64,000 nucleotides of DNA from an uncultured Porphyromonadaceae bacterium (GTDB lineage: Bacteria; Bacteroidota; Bacteroidia; Bacteroidales; Muribaculaceae), in NCBI GenBank assembly GCA_947174915.1, contig CAMWKV010000001.1:408-64407 (forward strand). Reading direction: 5' to 3'. Below, one piece after another: positions 16,533 to 26,356 of this stretch. Below the pieces are notes generated by a model that saw only the letters and a program-made list of their open reading frames with translations, made no database searches and was not told the origin of the DNA. The translations under genes and the position numbers were made by a program. Positions within the stretch are counted from its first letter, which is position 1; every line of letters begins with the position of its first letter.

Positions 16533-18866
16533 TCAGAAGGGGTAACCGACAGAGAAGTGGAAGTTGGCGTCGCGGCTCCACTTGAAGTGTGCCACGGGCC
16601 AGCGCACCTGGTCCTGCGCGGGGTTGTAAGCCTTGAAACCGAGGTCGAGGCGCAGGAGGAAGTATGTGAAGTCGAGGCGGATACCGGTGCCGTAGGCAGC
16701 GGCTATCTGCTTGTAGAACTTATCGAACTTGAACTCGCCGCCGGGCTGATTCTCGTAGTTCTTTATCGTCCAGATATTTCCGGCGTCGACGAAGAGTGCA
16801 CCTTCGAGCACCCAGAACAGCTTGGCGCGGTACTCGAGGCTCAATTCGAGGCTGATGTCGCCGCACTGGTTGATGAAGTCGGTGACCGAGTTGCGGGCAT
16901 TGTACGAGCCGGGGCCGAGTGTGCGTACACCCCAGCCGCGGACACCGTTGGCGCCACCGGCGTAGAAGCGTTTTTCGAAAGGCACCATGGTGGAGTTGCC
17001 GTAGGGGTAGGCTATGCCTACGCCGCCGTGCATTGCCAGTGCCGAGCGGGAGTTGAAATTGCGGGTGTATGAGTAGTCGAACTCACCCTTGACATACTGG
17101 GCATATTGTATGCCGAATATTTTGTAGACGCCGTCGTGGCGCTTCATCTGTACGAGATTAGAGATGCCGTAGAGGAGGTTGCCGGCAATCTCGGCGCTGA
17201 AGCGAAGGCTTGTCACAGAGGGTTGTACGGCGAAGGCATTGACATTCGGCGCGGGCATGCGGCGATTGGTGCGACTGAAGGTATAGCCCATGCGCATGAT
17301 GAAGTGGTCCTCGTAGCTGTAGCGCAGCAGAGGATTGTCGGGTGCTATCTCGTCGATAAAGTCGATAGTAGAACGCGGCAGGCGTACATAGTTGATATCG
17401 AGCAAGTCGTAGGTATGCCGGCGCACATCGGTAGCGCGCTGGTGCTGCCACTTCCACTTCCAAGCCGTGCCGAGGATGATGCGGGTGTACTCGGGACGTT
17501 CCTGGTAGTTAGCCGAAAAGGAGAATTCTGTTGACGCCAGTTGTCTCTGCTTGAAAGACTTGGTGAGAAAGGGACACTCGAACTTAGGGAAGGTAATGCC
17601 TACCTCGCCGGCATACTCGGTGTATCGGTTGTTGACGAGGCCGTCGACATTGCCGCTGAGGCTCTCGTAGGAGGCTCGGAGCTTGGCGGTGAGCAGTTCG
17701 GAGCCGCGGGCAAGGTTGCGATGCTGGTAGGTGAGACCGACGCCGAACCCGAGGTCACCCTCGGAGTTGGTACCTTCGAGCTCGACGGAGCCGCTCATCT
17801 TCTTGTTACGCGACAGGGTGATGACTGCATCGAGAAGACCGATGTCTCCCACCTGTCCGACAGGCTGCATGTCGATATTGATGAAGCGCACGATGCTCAG
17901 GCGTCCGAGAGCCTCGTAGGTGCGCTCGACAGCCGCGGCACTGTAGGGCCTGCCGGGCACGATGTAGCACATCTCGTCGAGAATCTTCGGCCTCAGATAG
18001 CGGTCGCGGCCATATACGATGCTGATGTCGCCGGGCATCGACACCGTATCAGCCGGCGCGGCTCCATCGTTGAGCACATAGCGGACAGAGCGCACGACGT
18101 ATGTCAGGTGACGATCGAGCAGAGCGGCTCCGGCCACACCGCCATTGGCGGCGCCGGGAGCCTGCGCCGGCGTGTGCAGATTGAGGATAAGTCCGGCGAG
18201 TTTGCTGCCGGCGATGGTGTCGGCAGTATAGTTGATATACTCGCGGTTGAAACCGTAGTAGCCGTGGTTGCGCAGGAGAGTGGTGATACGTCCGCGCTCC
18301 TCGTCGAGGAGATTACGGTCGAGCAGCATACCCGGCTGTACCACACGCGCTGCCGTATCGGCCATGACGAGGCGGCTGATGGCACTGTCGGGAATATTGT
18401 AGGCGATGGAGGCTATACGGTGGGGCTCGCCGGCGTTGATGTGGTAGTGTACATTCATACGCTTGTCATGACCTGTGGTATCGGCATAGACAGTGGCGTC
18501 GAGGTAGCCGTTGTTGATGAGCGCCAGACGCAGCTGACGGCTCGATGCCTCGGTGAGCTCGCTGTCGTATATCACCGGGGGCTGACCGATGCGTTGTAGC
18601 CAGCGGTTGTACCAGTGGGTGGTGTCGCGGCCGGAGAGGTTATAGGTGGAGAGCTGCAGCTTGGCGAAGCCGAGTACCTTGTGATTCGGCGTCTGGCGGA
18701 GGAAATTGTAGAGCTCAGCCGAACTCACATCGCCGCGGTCGTCGACGGAGACCTCCACCTTGTCGAGCAGATACTCGCCGTCAGGCACATGCTTCGTCGC
18801 CGAGCATGCGCCAAGAAGCCACAGCGCGACAGCAACGAGTACTATGCGGAGATACTTGAAAGCCAT
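16533..18866 (-). CDS. tamL: Omp85/BamA-TamA family outer-membrane protein (TamL-type lipoprotein)
   Basis: Lipobox LLGA-C, POTRA-like N-half, YAGGANGVRGW (VRG motif), GALFVDAGNIW, C-terminal FHFSVGYPF. Confidence 0.85.
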   Translation of the reverse strand: MAFKYLRIVLVAVALWLLGACSATKHVPDGEYLLDKVEVSVDDRGDVSSAELYNFLRQTPNHKVLGFAKLQLSTYNLSGRDTTHWYNRWLQRIGQPPVIYDSELTEASSRQLRLALINNGYLDATVYADTTGHDKRMNVHYHINAGEPHRIASIAYNIPDSAISRLVMADTAARVVQPGMLLDRNLLDEERGRITTLLRNHGYYGFNREYINYTADTIAGSKLAGLILNLHTPAQAPGAANGGVAGAALLDRHLTYVVRSVRYVLNDGAAPADTVSMPGDISIVYGRDRYLRPKILDEMCYIVPGRPYSAAAVERTYEALGRLSIVRFINIDMQPVGQVGDIGLLDAVITLSRNKKMSGSVELEGTNSEGDLGFGVGLTYQHRNLARGSELLTAKLRASYESLSGNVDGLVNNRYTEYAGEVGITFPKFECPFLTKSFKQRQLASTEFSFSANYQERPEYTRIILGTAWKWKWQHQRATDVRRHTYDLLDINYVRLPRSTIDFIDEIAPDNPLLRYSYEDHFIMRMGYTFSRTNRRMPAPNVNAFAVQPSVTSLRFSAEIAGNLLYGISNLVQMKRHDGVYKIFGIQYAQYVKGEFDYSYTRNFNSRSALAMHGGVGIAYPYGNSTMVPFEKRFYAGGANGVRGWGVRTLGPGSYNARNSVTDFINQCGDISLELSLEYRAKLFWVLEGALFVDAGNIWTIKNYENQPGGEFKFDKFYKQIAAAYGTGIRLDFTYFLLRLDLGFKAYNPAQDQVRWPVAHFKWSRDANFHFSVGYPF

Positions 18867-18918
18867 GATGACAGACAGTTCGGGAGAGCGATGGCTCAGG
18901 AACATTTCCGACAATACC

Positions 18919-21018
18919 TCACACGGGGATGGAGAAGATGAAGCGCGAGCCGCCGTGGTACTCCATGTCGAAGGAGAGGGAGCCGTCGAGGAGGTCGCTT
19001 ATGAGGCGCGAGATGTACAGACCCAGGCCGGCGCCGGGACGCGTGCGGTCGAGCTTGAAGAAGCGGTCGAAAATCTCGCCTACCTTGGACTTGGGAAAAC
19101 CTATGCCGGTGTCGGACACAGCGAAGGTAAGTCGACGGGCTGCTTCATCGTACTCGTAGGTCAGACGCACTTCGCCGCTGTCTGTGAATTTGACACCGTT
19201 GGATAGCAGATTGACGAGCACCTGCACCACGCGCTGGCCGTCGGTGTTGACGCTGATATCCGGACCGGGTTGATATACTAACTTCACATCGGGCTTGGGC
19301 TGCGAATTTTCGGAAATGGTATCGATGGCGAGTCGACACAGCTCATCGACGGACGTGAGGGTCTTGCTGATACTCATGTTGTCATTTTCGAGGGCGGCCA
19401 CATCAAGCACATCGTTGACCAGGCGGGTGACCATGCGGGCATTCAGCTCAACAACGTTGGCGAATCGGTCGAGATATTTGCTCTGGCTCTCGGGGATACA
19501 GTCTACTATGAGTTTGCTGTACTCCACAACTGTGGCCAGGGGCTGGCGCACTTCGTGGCTGATGTTGTTGACGAAGTCGGTCATCTTTCTGTCGGCGGCC
19601 TTGGCCTGGTCGCGGGCTTCGATTAGTTCGTCGCGGGCAGTACGCAGTTCGTTGCGCTCCAGAGTGAGACGTTCGTTGGCCTGCATTCTCTGAGCCACCA
19701 GGCGGCGCACCTTGCTGTTCTGATAGAGCATGAACATGACCATAATCACCAGCAGCACGACAGCCACCGCCAGGACAATAGCGCGTATACGCTCTATGCG
19801 GTGCTCCTCGTCACTATTATCATCATCACCCTGCTGTATGTATGTATCATACAGCACCTGAAACTCGCGTACACGCTCATCGCTACGGCGGTTCAGCTCG
19901 TCGCGGAACATCTCGTTGAGTTCGATCGAGGCTTCCAAGAGAGCATGACGGTCGTTGGTATGGTTGGCGGCATCAATGAGAGCATCGACGTAGTAACGCC
20001 GGTACACGGTATCGTTTGAATGTATTTTTGCGAGCAGCAGCGGTATAGCTTCGCTCCACTTATCCTGAGCAAGAGCTCTGAAAATACGGGTACGCCCCTC
20101 TGCTGCATCAATTTCAGCGATGCGTGGATCCTCCGTCAGCTCGTCCATTATATTGAAGATAGCCTCTTGTTCACGCTCGGACAGGGCTTCATAGTTGGCG
20201 AGCAGACGCTGGCGGTTGTAGTAGCGCATCAAGTCGAAGTCGCGGTAGATACGTCCGTGCGAATATTCGACAAGCCGGATAGAGTCAATAAGGTTGAGGA
20301 GCTTTTTATCGATGCGTACAGCCCGCTCGGACAAGCCATAGTTGGTATAGTAGGGCGAAATGTGCTCGAAGATAAGGCGACGGGCGGTGCCGGTGTGCAG
20401 CGGCAGACGAAGCACGGCGGATTCGAGACTGTCCAGATACTGGGTAAGGAGCAGTCCCTGCGTGCTTCGGCTCAGAGCGAGGGAGAGCTCGAAAAGAAGA
20501 GACACGCGTTTGTAAGGATCGCGGACACTATTACGGTCGTAGCGGCGCACCATGTTGCTGAGTGAATCAACGCCAAGAGTATTGTGGCGTACTCGGTTGC
20601 TGGCACGAAGCAAATCTACAATCAGGGTTGCCTCGCGCTGGTAGGGCGTCTCGGTATATGACTTGAGTACAACCGCAATACTGTCGAGTAGCTGAGCGTT
20701 ATGTTGCTCATTCTGAGCAACATTCATCAGTATCTCGAGCTCCGCGTCCGAGCTGTGCATGTGAGTCGTAGCGAGCTTGTAAAGGCGTTCGAGGACATTG
20801 CGTCGCTGAAGCGAGTCGGTCGAAAGGTCGTAGATATTGTAGAGAGCCTTGAAACGCTCCTCGTGACTGGTAAGAACGGGATATTTGCGGACGATACTGT
20901 CCAACAGCGCACGGCGCTCTGCCGCCGACAGACTTGCCGCAGAGGCTACTCCGCTGACTATAAGCAATAAGAGCGCAACTACACAGCGCCGCAATGAATG
21001 GATATTGAATGAGTTCAT
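18919..21018 (-). CDS. Sensor histidine kinase (HisKA + HATPase), no receiver domain
   Basis: H-box ISHEVRQPL, N-box VLVNLLSNGVKFT, DTGIG, IFDRFF, GAGLGL; TM helix before a coiled coil. Start uncertain (21018, 21036 or 21054). Confidence 0.88.
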   Translation of the reverse strand: MNSFNIHSLRRCVVALLLLIVSGVASAASLSAAERRALLDSIVRKYPVLTSHEERFKALYNIYDLSTDSLQRRNVLERLYKLATTHMHSSDAELEILMNVAQNEQHNAQLLDSIAVVLKSYTETPYQREATLIVDLLRASNRVRHNTLGVDSLSNMVRRYDRNSVRDPYKRVSLLFELSLALSRSTQGLLLTQYLDSLESAVLRLPLHTGTARRLIFEHISPYYTNYGLSERAVRIDKKLLNLIDSIRLVEYSHGRIYRDFDLMRYYNRQRLLANYEALSEREQEAIFNIMDELTEDPRIAEIDAAEGRTRIFRALAQDKWSEAIPLLLAKIHSNDTVYRRYYVDALIDAANHTNDRHALLEASIELNEMFRDELNRRSDERVREFQVLYDTYIQQGDDDNSDEEHRIERIRAIVLAVAVVLLVIMVMFMLYQNSKVRRLVAQRMQANERLTLERNELRTARDELIEARDQAKAADRKMTDFVNNISHEVRQPLATVVEYSKLIVDCIPESQSKYLDRFANVVELNARMVTRLVNDVLDVAALENDNMSISKTLTSVDELCRLAIDTISENSQPKPDVKLVYQPGPDISVNTDGQRVVQVLVNLLSNGVKFTDSGEVRLTYEYDEAARRLTFAVSDTGIGFPKSKVGEIFDRFFKLDRTRPGAGLGLYISRLISDLLDGSLSFDMEYHGGSRFIFSIPV

Positions 21019-21129
21019 CAGAGCTGATCTAAACATATAAAGTGCCGACGGCACTTAGCCCACAAAATTACCCATTTTTTTCCTCACCACAAAAATTTTT
21101 CCACCGCTATTTTCCCTGCATCTGTTGAG

Positions 21130-22797
21130 TTAGTTGGGGCGGAGGAGGGAGTTGTAGCGAGCGGGGTCGAGGAGGATGGCGCGGGCGGCGTGGTATGTGC
21201 TGTCGGTGCCCAAGGCGAGACGCACAGCCTCGGCATTGCTGTAGTAGCGTGCGGCGAGCTCGGTGCGGAGAAGCTCGGTGATAGCCTCGCGGTTGAAGTC
21301 GAGGTCGTGGTTGAGGTCGTGCTTCATCAGCCCGGCGAGGATATCAATCTGCGCCGACACGCTGTCCGACTCATAGCCTTCGATTCGAGCCGCCTTGCGG
21401 AGCAGCTCGATAGCGGCCTCACTCTGACGGTCGTACTGCAGCCGCGACGGGTCGATAAAGGCTTTGAAATCAGCAAAGATACTATCGGTGACAAGGCTGT
21501 CGCCAGGGGCGGGAGCCTGCGGATGACGCGCCACATGACGTGTAGCATAGTCGTAGACCCACATATCAGCCATGAGATTGTAGAGCAGACGGTTAGACTC
21601 GCGCGGAGCTACGCTGACATCGGGAGTGATGCCGCCGCCATCGCGCACAGTACGGCCATGGACAGTCTTGTAGACGTTGGTGAGGCTGTCAGGGGTGCGC
21701 ATGGGGCGTCCATCAGCATCGCGGTGACTGTAGTCAAGAGCCTGGATTAGACGGCCGGAGGGTATGTAATAGCGGGCAGTCGTAATCTTGAGAATGTCGC
21801 CGAAAGGCAGCGGACGGGGCGTCTGCACGAGACCTTTGCCGAAGGAACGTTCGCCCACGATGACGGCGCGGTCGAGGTCCTGGAGCGAACCGGCGACAAT
21901 CTCCGAGGCCGAAGCCGTACCACCGTCGGTAAGGATAGCCAGGGGCACACGCGTATCAAGCGGTGCAGCAGTGGTGCGGTAGCTCTTCTCGTCGGAAGCT
22001 ATACGGCCGCGGGTGTGTACAATCTCGGTACCCTTGGGCACGAATAGTCCGGCTATCTGCACGGCACCTTCGAGGAGACCGCCGCCGTTGGAGCGGAGGT
22101 CCAGAACAATGCCTTTGAGCTCGGGGTCCTTCAGCATCTCCTCCACGGCGTGGCGTACGCTGCGGGCGGAGCTCTCATTGAATGTGGTGAGAAGGATATA
22201 TCCCACGCCGGTACTGTCCACTCCGAAGTAAGGCAGCGGATTGACCTTGATGGATGCGCGCTTGAAGGCGAAAGTGAGTATAGAGTCGGCACCGACATAG
22301 GGGCGACGCACTGTGACGGTGATATCCGTACCGGCTTGGCCGCGCAGTCGCTTCGACACCTGCGTCACGTCCATGGCGGGAGTGACTGAGTCGCCGTCGA
22401 TGACGAGTATCACGTCGCCTCGGCGCAGCCCGGCCTTGGCGGCAGGGGCATCCTCTTGAGGCTCGTTGATGATGACCTCGCTGCCCTTTTTGGTGATGAC
22501 GGCGCCGATACCGGCATAGCGACCTTCGGAAATCTGCTGAAGCTCATCCTGGTCGCCGGCAGGATAGTACTCCGTGTAGGGGTCGATCTGATAGAGCAGC
22601 ATGTCTATTGTCTCGTCCATTATCTTGTCGGCATTGAGGGTGTCGACATAGTTCGTCTCGAGCTCTTTGACGATGGCGTTGAGAGAGCGGAGTTTCGAGG
22701 CGAATCTGTCCTTGCGTGCGGCGGCAGGTGTCGTCTGCGACCCTACGGCCACCACGAGAACAATCAGAAGGCTGAGTATGGAGATGATGCGTTTCAT
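21130..22797 (-). CDS. S41 family C-terminal processing protease with PDZ domain (second paralog)
   Basis: IDPYTEY, AGIGAVI, LDLRSNGGGLL, ASASEIVAGSLQD, GERSFGKGLVQ. Start set at MKRIISIL. Confidence 0.9.
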   Translation of the reverse strand: MKRIISILSLLIVLVVAVGSQTTPAAARKDRFASKLRSLNAIVKELETNYVDTLNADKIMDETIDMLLYQIDPYTEYYPAGDQDELQQISEGRYAGIGAVITKKGSEVIINEPQEDAPAAKAGLRRGDVILVIDGDSVTPAMDVTQVSKRLRGQAGTDITVTVRRPYVGADSILTFAFKRASIKVNPLPYFGVDSTGVGYILLTTFNESSARSVRHAVEEMLKDPELKGIVLDLRSNGGGLLEGAVQIAGLFVPKGTEIVHTRGRIASDEKSYRTTAAPLDTRVPLAILTDGGTASASEIVAGSLQDLDRAVIVGERSFGKGLVQTPRPLPFGDILKITTARYYIPSGRLIQALDYSHRDADGRPMRTPDSLTNVYKTVHGRTVRDGGGITPDVSVAPRESNRLLYNLMADMWVYDYATRHVARHPQAPAPGDSLVTDSIFADFKAFIDPSRLQYDRQSEAAIELLRKAARIEGYESDSVSAQIDILAGLMKHDLNHDLDFNREAITELLRTELAARYYSNAEAVRLALGTDSTYHAARAILLDPARYNSLLRPN

Positions 22798-22806
22798 AAT
22801 AATTGA

Positions 22807-22836
22807 CTTGAATGTGCAAAGCTTGAATGTGCAAAG
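22807..22836. repeat. Perfect 15-bp tandem duplication overlapping the S41 promoter
   Basis: CTTGAATGTGCAAAG x2 (22807-22821, 22822-22836). The second copy overlaps a minus-strand TACCTTTG (22832-22839); another TAACTTTG lies at 22866-22873. Confidence 0.8.
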
Positions 22837-23019
22837 GTACGAATAAACTTCCGCTCTGCGCAAGTGCAAAGTTAGTAACTTATTCAAACATCAGACGAAA
22901 GAATGAAACAATAATGAACTACTAAACCTTTGTTAACACTTGAGTTTATATTTAAAAAGATTTGTTAACCACACGTCATTTTAAGTGCCTGAATTGTTAA
23001 CAGTAAGACCTCAAAGAGT

Positions 23020-23027
23020 TACCTTTG
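23020..23027 (+). promoter_or_regulatory. Bacteroidota -7 promoter element for fadD-hflX
   Basis: TACCTTTG, 20 bp upstream of the ATG at 23048. Confidence 0.6.
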
Positions 23028-23047
23028 CGGGATAAAACACCTCTTAT

Positions 23048-24859
23048 ATGTCAAATGTACTGACAAATCTCATCAAGCAACAGCTTGAACGCTACGGCAA
23101 TGAGCGCGAAGCTTTCAGCACTATCGATGTCGCCGGCAAGCGACTTGTGCCCACCACATGGGCGCAGCTGTCGTCGGATGTCGACAATGTTGCGGCCGCC
23201 CTTGCCGTACTCGGTGTCGAACCCGGCAACATGATAGCATCTTTCACCGGCAACTGCGCTGAGTTCATCATCACCGACTTCGCCTGCTACCGCAACCGCG
23301 CCGTTCCCGTGGCCATATACGCCACCAGCAGTCCCGAGCAGGTGAGCTACATCGTGCGCGATGCAGGTGCCAAGCTCATCTTCGTGGGCGATGCCGGACA
23401 CTACCGCATAGCTCGCGACATCATCAGCGAATGCCCTACCCTCTCGAAGATAATAATCATCAATCAGTATGTAGAACTTGATGCCGACGACACCGACTCA
23501 CTGCGATTCAGCGAACTCGTGGAGCTCGGTAGCCGCGCAGACGCCTCCGTCCATGCCACCGTGGCACTGCGTACTGCCGAGGCCATGCCGGACGATATAG
23601 CCACCCTCATCTACACCTCCGGTACCACCGGCGAGCCAAAGGGCGCTATCCTCACGCAGGACAACTTCTCAGCAGCCTTGGCCATACACCATCAGCGACT
23701 CGATACAATATCCGACGAAGACACCAGCGTATGCTTCCTGCCGCTGTGCCATATCTTCGAACGTGCATGGACATACTTCTGTCTCTCCAAGGGCATCCGC
23801 GTAGCCATCAACAACAACCCCAGAGAGATACAGACAGCCCTCCCCATAGCGTGCCCCAGCTGTATGTGCAGCGTACCCCGATTCTGGGAGAAGGCCTATA
23901 CCGCCATCATGGAGAAGCTCGCGGGGATGAAGGGCATGATGAAGAAACTCGTCGACCGCGCACTCAAGGTAGGCGCACGCCGCAATCTTGAGTACGTCCG
24001 TCTCGGTCTGCGCGTACCTCGCACCCTCGAGATGGAGTACAAACTCTACGACCGCCTGGTCTTCAGCAAAGTACGTCGCACAATAGGTATCCAGGACCGC
24101 AACTTCTTCCCCACCGCCGGCGCTCCCCTGTCGTCGGCCATCGTGGAGTTCCTCCACACCATAGGTATCAACATCGTGATAGGCTACGGCCTGAGCGAGA
24201 CTACAGCCACGGTGAGCTGCTTCCCCTCTATAGGCTACGAGATAGGCTCCGTGGGCACTCCAATGCCCGAAGTGCAGGTGAAAATCGGCCCTAACAACGA
24301 GATTCTCGTCAAAGGCCCGACAGTGATGCACGGCTACTACGGCCGTCCCGAAGAGAATGCCAAGGTATTCACAGAGGACGGTTGGTTCCGCACAGGCGAC
24401 GCCGGACTCTTCGACCACACGGGCGCACTCGTGCTCACAGAGCGTATCAAAGACCTCTTCAAGACCTCCAACGGCAAGTACATAGCACCGCAGGCTATCG
24501 AGAGCCGTCTCGGCCAGGACAGATACATCGAGCAGGTGGCCGTAATAGGCGACCAGCGCAAGTATGTCACCGCAATCATCATTCCAGCTTTCGATGCCCT
24601 CAAGGCCTACGCTCACGAACACGGTATAGACTTCGCCAACCTCGAAGAACTCGTCAAGAACAGCGAAATACGCCGCTTCATTGGCGAACGCATAGAAACA
24701 CTGCAGAAAGGGCTGGCCGGATTTGAGAAAATCAAGCGCTTCACCCTCCTCCCCAAGGAGTTCACCATCGAGAACGGCGAACTCACCAACACTCTGAAAA
24801 TCCGTCGTCGCGCCATCAACGAACGCTATGCCAATGAAATAGAAGCAATGTACGGCTGA
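23048..24859 (+). CDS. fadD: Long-chain-fatty-acid--CoA ligase (AMP-binding)
   Basis: IYTSGTTGEPKG, GYGLSET, WFRTGDAG, RIKDLFKTSNGKYIAPQ, TNTLKIRR. Confidence 0.92.
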   Translation: MSNVLTNLIKQQLERYGNEREAFSTIDVAGKRLVPTTWAQLSSDVDNVAAALAVLGVEPGNMIASFTGNCAEFIITDFACYRNRAVPVAIYATSSPEQVSYIVRDAGAKLIFVGDAGHYRIARDIISECPTLSKIIIINQYVELDADDTDSLRFSELVELGSRADASVHATVALRTAEAMPDDIATLIYTSGTTGEPKGAILTQDNFSAALAIHHQRLDTISDEDTSVCFLPLCHIFERAWTYFCLSKGIRVAINNNPREIQTALPIACPSCMCSVPRFWEKAYTAIMEKLAGMKGMMKKLVDRALKVGARRNLEYVRLGLRVPRTLEMEYKLYDRLVFSKVRRTIGIQDRNFFPTAGAPLSSAIVEFLHTIGINIVIGYGLSETTATVSCFPSIGYEIGSVGTPMPEVQVKIGPNNEILVKGPTVMHGYYGRPEENAKVFTEDGWFRTGDAGLFDHTGALVLTERIKDLFKTSNGKYIAPQAIESRLGQDRYIEQVAVIGDQRKYVTAIIIPAFDALKAYAHEHGIDFANLEELVKNSEIRRFIGERIETLQKGLAGFEKIKRFTLLPKEFTIENGELTNTLKIRRRAINERYANEIEAMYG

Positions 24860-24938
24860 TCGCCACTCCCCCGACAGGCAGATGCCATGACTCAGCAACG
24901 ATTCAGCGACGACACATAACTAATAAGGAAACACGACA

Positions 24939-26171
24939 ATGAAAATCAATAATCCCATGCCGACGGCCGAGCCCGAAAAGGCCATCCTCGTTGGCCTTAT
25001 CACCCCCTCGCAGGACGAGGCTCGCTCGGCGGAATACCTCGCCGAACTCGCTTTCCTTGCCGACACCGCCGGCGCGGAAGCCGTGGCAACCTTCACCCAG
25101 AAAGTAGACTACCCCAACCCGCGAACATTCGTAGGCAAAGGCAAGCTCGAAGAAATCAAGAAATACATCGAAGACCGCGGAGACATTTCCGTCGTCATCT
25201 TCGACGATGACCTGTCCACTAAGCAGGTGCTCAACATCGAGCGCGAACTTGGTGTGAAGATTCTGGACCGCACGTCGCTCATCCTCGACATCTTCGCCAA
25301 CCGCGCACAGACTGCGACGGCGAAGACGCAGGTCGAACTCGCTCAATATCAGTATCTCCTGCCGCGACTCACCCGCATGTGGACACACCTCGAACGACAG
25401 CGCGGCGGTATCGGTATGCGTGGCCCGGGTGAAACTCAGATAGAGACCGACCGACGTATCATCCTCGGTAAAATATCGCAACTCAAGGAAGAGCTCCGCG
25501 CCATCGACCGACAGAAGGCCGTACAACGCAAGAACCGCGGCAAACTCACCCGCGTGGCGCTCGTAGGATACACCAACGTGGGCAAGTCAACGCTGATGAA
25601 CCTCCTTAGCAAGTCCGAAGTATTCGCGGAGAATAAGCTATTCGCCACCCTCGATACCACTGTGCGCAAGGTCGTTATCGACAACCTGCCATTCCTCCTC
25701 ACCGATACCGTAGGCTTCATCCGCAAACTGCCTACACACCTGGTGGACTCATTCAAGTCGACTCTCGACGAGGTGCGCGAGGCCGATATCCTCGTGCATG
25801 TAGTGGATATCTCGCACCCGAATTTCGAAGAACAGATAGAAGTCGTTGACAAGACCCTCCGCGAAGTATGCGACGGAGCCGACAAGCCCATGCTGCTTGT
25901 ATTCAACAAAGTAGATGCCTTCACCTGCAAACCAAAGGACGATGACGACCTAACTCCCAAGGAACGCTGCAATACCACACTCGAAGAACTTGAAAAGACA
26001 TGGATGGCCAAGATGAACGACAACTGCGTCTTCATCAGCGCCCGCAAAGGCACCAACATCGACGAACTCAAGCAGAAGCTCTACACCATGGCGAGAGAGA
26101 TACACCTCGCCCGCTTCCCCTACAACGACCTGCTCTACCAGGACTACTCCGACGAACTCACCACAGAATAA
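24939..26171 (+). CDS. hflX: GTPase HflX
   Basis: GPGETQIETDRR, GYTNVGKST, LFATLDTT, DTVGFI, NKVD. Confidence 0.96.
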   Translation: MKINNPMPTAEPEKAILVGLITPSQDEARSAEYLAELAFLADTAGAEAVATFTQKVDYPNPRTFVGKGKLEEIKKYIEDRGDISVVIFDDDLSTKQVLNIERELGVKILDRTSLILDIFANRAQTATAKTQVELAQYQYLLPRLTRMWTHLERQRGGIGMRGPGETQIETDRRIILGKISQLKEELRAIDRQKAVQRKNRGKLTRVALVGYTNVGKSTLMNLLSKSEVFAENKLFATLDTTVRKVVIDNLPFLLTDTVGFIRKLPTHLVDSFKSTLDEVREADILVHVVDISHPNFEEQIEVVDKTLREVCDGADKPMLLVFNKVDAFTCKPKDDDDLTPKERCNTTLEELEKTWMAKMNDNCVFISARKGTNIDELKQKLYTMAREIHLARFPYNDLLYQDYSDELTTE

Positions 26172-26208
26172 TCCTACAGACCGAAAATAAGACCTATAGG
26201 TATCTAAC

Positions 26209-26313
26209 GACGTAGGGTCGCTCCATGGAGCGACCGCTGACTATACCATGTGCCGCCGGAAAGTCAACCGGATGCAGCCCGGAAGCGGTCGCTCCATGGA
26301 GCGACCCTACGTC
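26209..26313. repeat. REP-like doublet: 30-bp perfect inverted repeats, each with GTAG plus a 20-bp perfect palindrome
   Basis: GACGTAGGGTCGCTCCATGGAGCGACCGCT (26209-26238) and its exact reverse complement (26284-26313), with a 45-bp spacer. Confidence 0.85.
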
Positions 26314-26356
26314 CGAGAAGCTATTTTGAACACAGCCTCGATTTTACGATGAGATA

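Noticed and set aside
4620-22797. Two S41 proteases in one window
   Set aside because: Multiple CtpA/Prc paralogs are normal in Bacteroidales, and both have intact ordinary motifs.
26209-26313. Possible CRISPR or IS ends
   Set aside because: Only two arms, in inverted orientation, with no transposase between them. It fits a REP doublet better.
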